A DNA stretch of 32,000 bases from Candidatus Nitrospira inopinata (GTDB lineage Bacteria > Nitrospirota > Nitrospiria > Nitrospirales > Nitrospiraceae). The translations under genes were made by a program, and so were the position numbers. The notes beneath the pieces were generated by a model. That model saw only the letters and a program-made list of their open reading frames with translations. It did not search any database and had not been told where the DNA came from. Shown piece by piece: positions 26,015-32,000 of the stretch. The stretch spans positions 570,001 through 602,000 of the forward strand of contig NZ_LN885086.1 of the NCBI RefSeq assembly GCF_001458695.1, written 5' to 3'. Position 1 is the first letter of the stretch. Each line of letters opens with the position of its first letter.

Positions 26015-27088
26015 TCACAAATCCAATTCCACCATCTTGCGGTGGAACCGAACGACCACGTTCGGATCGGGCGCCAACCGGACCCGCGCATCCTCTTTTC
26101 CCTGATAGGGCAACAGGTTCAGGACGTAGCGAAGACTTTCAAGTCGCGCCGCCTGCTTGTCATTGGCCTGCACGATGATCCAAGGGCTGAACGTCGTATG
26201 GGTTTTGCTGAACATTTCCTCTTTGCAGCGGGTATAGGCGTCCCACAACTCTTGCGCCTTCTCATCGACCGGACTGAGTTTCCACTGTTTGAGTGGATTC
26301 CGGCGCCTCGCCTCGAAGCGTCTGGCCTGTTCGTCCTTCGAGATCGAGAACCAAAACTTGATGAGAATCACCCCGTCTTCGTAGAGCATATGCTCGAATT
26401 CCGGAACCTGCTGGAGGAACCGCTGATGTTCTTTCTTGGTGCAAAACCCCATCACCGGTTCGACCACGGCCCGGTTGTACCAGCTTCGATCGAAGAAGAC
26501 GATCTCGCCTCTGTTCGGCAACTGACGAATGTATCGCTGAAAGTACCATTGACCCCGTTCTTCATCGGTCGGCTTCGGCAAGGCCACAACGCGCATCGAG
26601 CGGGGATTCAGATGTTCGGTAAACCGCCGGATGGTTCCCCCCTTGCCGGCCGCATCCCGCCCCTCCACCAAAATCGCGATACGTTCTCCCGTCCGCTGAA
26701 CCCACCGTTGCAGCTTCACCAACTCCACTTGCAGTTGCTCCAGCTCGTGCTCGTACAGAAGTCTCTTGCGGACGTCCTGAAGATCGACGTTGCGGTTCCG
26801 CAGGAGCAGAAAAAGCCCCCTTCTCGTGTTGATCAACCGCAGATCTTCTTCTGTAAGGGAACCGGCTGGATCACCGATCGGTTTCAGCGACCCCGCCGGA
26901 GACCTTGCTAGTTGCGGGGAATAGCCGTCCCCCTCCCGAGGCATCCTCGTCGGAATCGTTTCCAGCTCACTCGCCTCCGGAGGTTGGGCCGGATGCAGGA
27001 GATCCTCGATGTCCGCCAGATCAGCCGTCAAGTCGGATGAATCGCTTCGTTTTTTCGGCTTTCCAATCGCGCGTTCGTCGGATTCCAT
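26015..27088 (-). CDS. ppk2: polyphosphate kinase 2 (single PPK2 domain) with about 100-aa acidic/disordered N-terminal extension
   Basis: 357 aa. SD GAGGAGG. Walker A VEGRDAAGKGGTI. FQRYIRQLPNRGEIVFFDRSWYNRA is the PPK2 lid/Walker B region. Confidence 0.9.
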   Translation of the reverse strand: MESDERAIGKPKKRSDSSDLTADLADIEDLLHPAQPPEASELETIPTRMPREGDGYSPQLARSPAGSLKPIGDPAGSLTEEDLRLINTRRGLFLLLRNRNVDLQDVRKRLLYEHELEQLQVELVKLQRWVQRTGERIAILVEGRDAAGKGGTIRRFTEHLNPRSMRVVALPKPTDEERGQWYFQRYIRQLPNRGEIVFFDRSWYNRAVVEPVMGFCTKKEHQRFLQQVPEFEHMLYEDGVILIKFWFSISKDEQARRFEARRRNPLKQWKLSPVDEKAQELWDAYTRCKEEMFSKTHTTFSPWIIVQANDKQAARLESLRYVLNLLPYQGKEDARVRLAPDPNVVVRFHRKMVELDL

Positions 27089-27116
27089 ACGAGGCGCCTC
27101 CTCTCAACCGCACGAA

Positions 27117-27476
27117 TCAGAACGCCACGACCTTGTCCCGCTCGGCCACCGCCTTGATGTAATCCGGCATCGCCTTGATGGAAGCCCCCTTGACCAGATC
27201 CGCCTCGCCGATTTGCCTGGCCACGGCGCACGCCCCGCACACCCAGATGGGCACCCCGGCCGCCTGCACGGCGGCGAGCAGGTCTTTTAGCGGCGAAAGA
27301 TTGACGCCGGTGACATGATCGGCCACGCCTTTCCGCGCCAACGTGACCGCCTCGTTCCACAGCCAGAGCGCCACGTCATGCCCCTGCTCTTTGGCCGTCT
27401 TCGCCGCCATGAACGGCAAGGTTGCCATCGTCGGATCGTCCGTGCCTCGACTTCCTGAGATGATGAATGTCGCCAT
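27117..27476 (-). CDS. DsrE/DsrF-like sulfur-relay family protein
   Basis: ATG 27476 after AAGGAG. 119 aa. MATFIISGSRGTDDP...GHDVALWLWNEAV...VCGAC pattern typical of the DsrE family fold. Its stop lies 28 nt before ppk2. Confidence 0.8.
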   Translation of the reverse strand: MATFIISGSRGTDDPTMATLPFMAAKTAKEQGHDVALWLWNEAVTLARKGVADHVTGVNLSPLKDLLAAVQAAGVPIWVCGACAVARQIGEADLVKGASIKAMPDYIKAVAERDKVVAF

Positions 27477-27667
27477 GAATGTCTCCTTCTTTACAAGTTC
27501 GTCACGTCGGCCCTCAATCCCCTTGGTTCCTTCATCCACCGCACGACTGACCTGACCGTGAACACCGCGCCGCCGCCTCTACAAAGGCGGACCTTCAGAC
27601 CCTGGATCAGAGTCGGGTAACCCCCTTCACCGCCCAGGGCCTGGGCCATCAGCTTTGACCATTCTCG

Positions 27668-27703
27668 CAGCAAAATGGGATGAAGTTCGCTTGCCGAGCG
27701 AAC
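27668..27703 (-). terminator. rho-independent-type terminator after the cupredoxin-like gene
   Basis: On the minus strand, GTTCGCT-cggca-AGCGAAC (7-bp stem, 27703-27685) followed by TTCATCCCATTTTGC. Confidence 0.4.
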
Positions 27704-27729
27704 CGTCCTCGAACGCGCTCAAGACACGC

Positions 27730-28224
27730 TCACCCCCCGCCGATCTCTCCTCGAGTTTCGATCACAAACAACTCGCCTTTCACCTCGGGATGGATATCAC
27801 ACCAAAGGGCGTGCCGGATACTTTCCGCCCCACCGGTCAGCGGGTCGAAATTCGACGGCGCCGTCGCAAAACGCAGCGTCATCGTCTTGCCGGCATCGAC
27901 GTGAAAGGACCGAAACTGTTTTCCCCGCACCTCGGTCCCACCTTCGACCTTCACGGGAATGTCCTTGAACAACGCCGATGCGAAGCCGTGTGTCACGGAA
28001 TCCTGGTTGCGGACGACAATGATCGTGTCGTGCGACGGCATCGTGATGCCAACCGTCTCATAACCGTGCTGGCGGTCCCTGATGGTGATTTCCACTTTTG
28101 AGGGCGGCGCCTCCATCCCCTTGGCCTGTGCATACGCAACATCTCTCTGACCGCTCCACGCCATCAACGGTACGATGGCAAGTGACATGGCGAACAATGG
28201 TGATCGGTATCGTCGAACGTTCAT
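27730..28224 (-). CDS. exported cupredoxin-like single-domain protein (atypical ligand set)
   Basis: ATG 28224 after AAAGGGAGGGG. Signal peptide. Beta-rich pattern VEITIRD...TIIVVRNQDSVTHGFAS...FHVDAGKTMTLRF...LWCDIHPEVKGELFV matches Cupredoxin_1-type proteins (His ... Cys-x2-His). Val occupies the position where the axial Met is expected. Confidence 0.6.
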   Translation of the reverse strand: MNVRRYRSPLFAMSLAIVPLMAWSGQRDVAYAQAKGMEAPPSKVEITIRDRQHGYETVGITMPSHDTIIVVRNQDSVTHGFASALFKDIPVKVEGGTEVRGKQFRSFHVDAGKTMTLRFATAPSNFDPLTGGAESIRHALWCDIHPEVKGELFVIETRGEIGGG

Positions 28225-28463
28225 GTTTCCCCTCCCTTTTGATAACGATAGCATTTCGCCCCCTCTTCTCCAGGGAACGTTCGGCCCCTTCGGACCGTGT
28301 CGGCCTCGACGTTTACTTCCCTCCTTTCCCCCATCTCCATCATCTGGGCCATGAGCGCCGGCGTTCAGCTATTTCGGCCTCGCTGAAGAGCGCGGCGGCC
28401 ATCGACGGGTTGCCCATTCCATCTATGGACCGCTTCCCTGAACTCAGGCCTCACACCACTTCA

Positions 28464-29876
28464 TCACTTCGCCAAGCTCCTGATGTATCGAATCAACTGC
28501 CACACCTGCTCATCCGTCAGCCCGGAAAACGCCATCATGCCGGTGCCGGGCGAGCCGTTTTTGATGATCCAGAACAATTGCCCGTCGGGAATATTCTCCA
28601 TCATCGCGCCGCATGTGAAGTTTCTCGGCGGCGGGACCAACGCGGCGCCCATCAGCCCCTTTCCATCGCCCTGCTCGCCGTGGCACATGGCGCAGACGAC
28701 GGGCTGCGCGGTTTTCAAAAACAGCGCCTTCCCCTCGGCGATCGCGGAAGCGGAAGGCGGCACCGGATTCGTCATGCGCAAGAACTCATCGGGAGCCTTG
28801 GCCGTCTTGCGGGGCTGTACGCAGCCGCCGGCCTCGCCAACGCTCGGCGCCGCCGGTTCGGGCGCCCCCTTGAACGTCGCCTTCAAATAGACGATCACGT
28901 CCACCACGCCCTGCTGTCCGATCGTCAGCCCCCAGTACGGCATGGTCGGCGATTTGCCGACGGCCCGGCCGCCGTGGTTGATCACGTTGTACAGATATTC
29001 CATCGGCAGTTTCTCAAACGGTATGTTGGCGTGAATGGCCGGTTTCGGCTCCAACCCAGACGCCGCGGGGCCGTCGCCCTTGCCCGTGAAGCCGTGGCAC
29101 TGGGCGCAATATTCCCTGTACAGCGTCTTGCCCCGATCGACGCTCGCGGTGGCAAACTCGGGACTCGTCCAGGGCTCGTAGTATTGAAAGTCGTTGACGC
29201 CTTGCACGGCGAGAAAGCCGATCAGCGACCGCAATTGTGCGTCGGTCGCGTCGGCCAAAAATTCCCCAGAATGGATGACGAAGTCCTGCGGATTCTGGCC
29301 GAAACGATACAGCCAGTCCGCGTTGTAGCGCCGACCGGCATGTTGTAAGGCGGTGCTCTGCGGACCTCCGATCAGCTTTCCATTCTCCTCGATCGTGTGA
29401 CAGCCGATGCAGGCATGTTCCTTGTAGATTTTCGCGCCGACCGTCACGTCGAACTTCGTCACCTTCGCCACGTCGAAAGCTCCGACCGTCACACGCGGAT
29501 CCTTGTTGTGTTCGGCAAAATAGTCGGCGAGGGCGTTCGCGTCAGACTCCGTCACCACCGGATGCTTCGATGGCACATTCGTGATGTCCCAAAGATACGC
29601 CTTGGCGTAGAGCGGCGGCTCCTTTCCGGTCAACCAACGAATGAGCCACGGTCGCTGATACTTGCTGCCGGCCCATATCAGATCAGGCGCATGGAGCTTG
29701 AACCGTGATTCAGCCGTTCCTTGCAGTCTGTGACATTGCACGCAGATCCGTTGAACAAGATCCTTGGCACGAGCATGAGACGGCTCACTTCCGTAAGAAA
29801 GATCCTGCCCCCACCCCAGTCCGACACAGAGCACCATGATTCCCGCCGCCGCATGCCCCGCTTTTCTCAGATTCAT
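28464..29876 (-). CDS. tetrahaem c-type cytochrome (four class-I-like domains)
   Basis: ATG 29876. Signal peptide. Four CxxCH motifs (CVQCH, CIGCH, CAQCHG, CAMCHG). The last domain carries the PPPRNF...LFWIIKNGSPGTGM...LTDEQVWQLIRYIRSL signature of the free-standing monohaem paralogs. Confidence 0.85.
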   Translation of the reverse strand: MNLRKAGHAAAGIMVLCVGLGWGQDLSYGSEPSHARAKDLVQRICVQCHRLQGTAESRFKLHAPDLIWAGSKYQRPWLIRWLTGKEPPLYAKAYLWDITNVPSKHPVVTESDANALADYFAEHNKDPRVTVGAFDVAKVTKFDVTVGAKIYKEHACIGCHTIEENGKLIGGPQSTALQHAGRRYNADWLYRFGQNPQDFVIHSGEFLADATDAQLRSLIGFLAVQGVNDFQYYEPWTSPEFATASVDRGKTLYREYCAQCHGFTGKGDGPAASGLEPKPAIHANIPFEKLPMEYLYNVINHGGRAVGKSPTMPYWGLTIGQQGVVDVIVYLKATFKGAPEPAAPSVGEAGGCVQPRKTAKAPDEFLRMTNPVPPSASAIAEGKALFLKTAQPVVCAMCHGEQGDGKGLMGAALVPPPRNFTCGAMMENIPDGQLFWIIKNGSPGTGMMAFSGLTDEQVWQLIRYIRSLAK

Positions 29877-29990
29877 TTTCCGTCCTTCCCCTCTTGAAAT
29901 CCCGTGGAAACCCATGAGGTCGCCGGTCGTTGCTTTGCGATTTCTCGTCCTCCCGGCTGGTGCGCGAAATCTTCTTGGGGCAATGTCTCG

Positions 29991-30854
29991 TTAATACGGC
30001 GCATCGGTCGGTTTTCCGCCCTTCGGCCAATCATGAATTTTTTTAGGAAAGTCCGGGCGCGGCCGGCTGTCAATGTAGGCCGCCACGTCGAACGCCTCCT
30101 CGTCCGTGATCGACCATCCTCGCCCACGCGGCATATTGGCCTTGATGAAGGACGCAGCCACGCTGACTCTCGCCATGTCCGAGCCGATCGTATAGGAGCG
30201 AGGGCCCCACACCGGCGGCGCCGCCATGGCCCCTTGCCCATCGGCGCCATGGCAAAAGGCGCATTTCTTTTCATAGACGACTTTGCCCTTCGCGACGTCC
30301 GGAGCCCTCACCGGCGTGATGGGCGGGAGTCCTCGCCAAGGCACGGAACTGCCACGCGGGACATTCTTCGACAACCAGTCGATGTAGGCGACGATTGCCG
30401 ACAGCTTCGTGCTGTCCGCCGGAAGCGCCGTCCCATTCATGTTCCGCTCGAAACAGTCGTTGATTTGGTCGATAAGCGTCACCCGCCGTCCCGCCCGTTC
30501 TCGGTATTCCGGATAGAGGATGCTGATCCCGACGAACGAGAGCGCGTTGGGATGAAGCCCGGCCTCGAGATGGCAATTGGTACAGTTGAGCCCATTGCCG
30601 ACGTACCGTTTCCCATACTGCTGCGTATCGACCACCATCAGGTAGCCCATCCGAATATCCTCGCCCCGCAAATCACCAGGAATCGTGTCCGGGGATGGAG
30701 GCAGAAACAAGGGATGGATGTCCGCCCCCGGCGGTTCCCTCTGTCCTCCAACCTGGGCCGACGGGATACACCCACCGACCAGCAGAATCAGACCAAAAAC
30801 CACGACGCCAACGCCCCTCTGTTCGCTCACAATCACAACCTCACTTCTTGGCAT
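29991..30854 (-). CDS. dihaem c-type cytochrome lipoprotein, TsdA-like (thiosulfate dehydrogenase / tetrathionate reductase family)
   Basis: Two CxxCH motifs (CTNCH, CAFCHG). A conserved-looking Cys lies in INDCFERNMNG, 39 residues after the first haem His. KANMP lies 39 residues after the second haem His. PPVWGPRSY and RPRPDF motifs. Lipobox LLVGGC. Alternative GTG starts at 30836/30830 have a better SD and would remove the 14-nt overlap with the upstream gene. Confidence 0.7.
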   Translation of the reverse strand: MPRSEVVIVSEQRGVGVVVFGLILLVGGCIPSAQVGGQREPPGADIHPLFLPPSPDTIPGDLRGEDIRMGYLMVVDTQQYGKRYVGNGLNCTNCHLEAGLHPNALSFVGISILYPEYRERAGRRVTLIDQINDCFERNMNGTALPADSTKLSAIVAYIDWLSKNVPRGSSVPWRGLPPITPVRAPDVAKGKVVYEKKCAFCHGADGQGAMAAPPVWGPRSYTIGSDMARVSVAASFIKANMPRGRGWSITDEEAFDVAAYIDSRPRPDFPKKIHDWPKGGKPTDAPY

Positions 30855-31059
30855 CGGACGACGGTCGGCACGTATTGATGCCCAACAGCGCCGTGAGCGG
30901 ACAATATTGGATCGCCCCTGTCACGAGCAACACGACTCCCACTGTCAACGTGATGCCCATTCCCACCGGAGGCAATTCCGCGAGCGCCCCGACTCCGATC
31001 AATAATAACCCCATGACAATGCGGATGGGCCTTTCAATTCCTCCGACGTTACAGGTCAT
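30841..31059 (-). CDS. DUF2892 (YgaP-type) small two-TM membrane protein
   Basis: 72 aa. NVGGIERPIRIVMGLLLIGVG...LLVTGAIQYCPLTALLGINTC matches the DUF2892 signature (NVGxxDRxxRxxxG ... CPxYxxxGxxTC). Confidence 0.8.
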   Translation of the reverse strand: MTCNVGGIERPIRIVMGLLLIGVGALAELPPVGMGITLTVGVVLLVTGAIQYCPLTALLGINTCRPSSDAKK

Positions 31060-31148
31060 GACGCTCCTCCTTGCAAAAGAGTATCGGGGGAAACACCCCC
31101 CTTTCTTCTCGGCCTATGAGAGACACCATTTGACGAATGGATTCATCC

Positions 31149-31529
31149 TCACGGACGCGCGTCGGATTCCGCGCCGAGCGTTCGCACATAGGCCACGACA
31201 TCCCAAATTTCTTCATCGGACAGCGCGTGTTGCCACGCTCCCATGGCCGTGTTGGGTTTGCCTCCGTGGATGCGTGTGAACAGCCCTCCATCAAGACGAT
31301 TCTGAACGGCGGCGGAGGTCAGATCGGCCGGCGGCGGCACGAGATTGACGCCCGTCTTCCCTTTCCCATCAATACCATGACAACGCATGCACGTATTCAC
31401 GTAAATTTCCCGCCCACTGACCGGATCGCCCTTGAGAGCGGCGCCAAGCTCTCTGACCGTCGGCCTTCCGGCAAACCCAGCCACCAGGATTCCGATGACC
31501 AGAATAAGCCATCCCTTCCTGCCTCGCAC
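31149..31529 (-). CDS. monohaem class-I c-type cytochrome (membrane-anchored or signal peptide)
   Basis: The ORF is open to ATG 31601, but GTG 31529 lies 6 nt after AGGAGG and gives MRGRKGWLILVIGILVAGFA. CMRCHG. PPPADL...NTAM...LSDEEIWDVVAYVRTL. Confidence 0.8.
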   Translation of the reverse strand: MRGRKGWLILVIGILVAGFAGRPTVRELGAALKGDPVSGREIYVNTCMRCHGIDGKGKTGVNLVPPPADLTSAAVQNRLDGGLFTRIHGGKPNTAMGAWQHALSDEEIWDVVAYVRTLGAESDARP

Positions 31530-31623
31530 CGGCTCCCTCCTGTCTTCTCCTGAGGCCCTCGTGCGAGCAGTGTGCCACAACGATCCGTCTCGCCTTTTCA
31601 CAAGATGCTTTCACAGGCAAGCA

Positions 31624-31649
31624 TTTGAACTGATCTTTTTGAACTGATC
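31624..31649. repeat. 12-nt tandem direct repeat TTTGAACTGATC x2 (14-bp period) upstream of the cytochrome gene
   Basis: Exact copies at 31624-31635 and 31638-31649. Each contains GATC. The adjacent inverted repeat ATGCTT-N8-AAGCAT lies at about 31600-31619. Confidence 0.6.
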
Positions 31650-31782
31650 ATGGAGCTGTCATGGAACCCCAAAGGAATCGTCACTGGCGCGAATGGCCAC
31701 AGAGCCCATTTCGCCGCTGGCGCAGGATGCGACAGCTCTCGTTAAGAAAAACGTATCAGCTTAATTTAAGACAAGCCGCACC

Positions 31783-31811
31783 TTGACAAAAGAGCGTCAG
31801 ACCCAGATATT
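31783..31811 (+). promoter_or_regulatory. candidate sigma70 promoter TTGACA-N17-GATATT firing toward the window end
   Basis: Perfect -35 TTGACA (31783-31788), a 17-nt spacer and a -10 GATATT (31806-31811). It is followed by about 190 nt without a convincing ORF up to the window edge. Confidence 0.35.
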
Positions 31812-32000
31812 GCGGACATTCCCGACTGAGAAGTCTTGGAGTAGGATTGATGCATCACCGGCTACAGGTGGAGCCCTTCGGCGATTTCCGTTACCAGCCA
31901 AGTGGCACGACGCAGCCGTCACGGTCATCCGGCTGAGCGGCATGTAGAGTGGAAGACAGGACGCTCAACGCTCTGGACGATTATCAGGTTCCTGGCAGCA

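Noticed and set aside
28221-28352. 43-codon upstream ORF (MAQMMEMGERREVNVEAD...) ending in an ATGA overlap with the cupredoxin-like gene
   Set aside because: It has no SD, a highly charged non-protein-like composition and no conservation evidence. It is probably just leader sequence.
31812-32000. Possible TPP (CTGAGA at about 31825) or cobalamin (GGTTCCTGGCAGC at the window end) riboswitch
   Set aside because: Only isolated short fragments of the consensus are present. The remaining conserved cores (ACCTGATCTGGATAATGCCAGCG for TPP, the B12 box for cobalamin) are not visible within the window.
1-32000. Scan for CRISPR arrays, rRNA, tRNA, and defence or toxin-antitoxin gene pairs
   Set aside because: No regularly spaced 25-40-nt repeats, no rRNA or tRNA signatures, and no nuclease, ATPase or TA-like gene pairs were recognised. 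The only short repeats are those reported above.

Overview
High-GC (roughly 58-60% by eye), gene-dense bacterial chromosomal DNA with about 35 supportable protein genes. I saw no rRNA, tRNA or CRISPR array. Two degraded IS3-family transposase relics (about 1290-1760 and 22677-23115) are the only mobile-element traces. The content is periplasmic redox and stress biology. Nine genes carry 13 CxxCH haem-c motifs: seven monohaem genes (counting the DUF3365 protein), one dihaem and one tetrahaem. On the plus strand lies an Hsp20 / PRTase / tandem-USP / ADP-forming acetyl-CoA synthetase stress cluster. On the minus strand, a long co-directional string runs ZraP-like, DUF3365 haem sensor, cytochrome c, YtxH, CoA-disulfide-reductase-rhodanese, CbpA, CbpM, TrxC, ArsC. 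The best candidate for something undescribed is the minus-strand block 27117-31529. It encodes cytochrome c, a DUF2892 membrane protein, a TsdA-like dihaem lipoprotein, a tetrahaem cytochrome and a cupredoxin-like protein lacking the axial Met, followed by a terminator and then DsrE and PPK2. This reads as a non-canonical periplasmic thiosulfate/tetrathionate electron-transfer module. Also notable are two paralogous 27-codon hydrophobic micropeptide genes flanking mlaA (below the ORF-track cutoff), an orphan exported 250-aa protein, and a Spy/ZraP-like protein with a roughly 100-aa Gly/Met/His tail. All functional calls come from motif recognition by eye. No database search was run and no taxon can be assigned.
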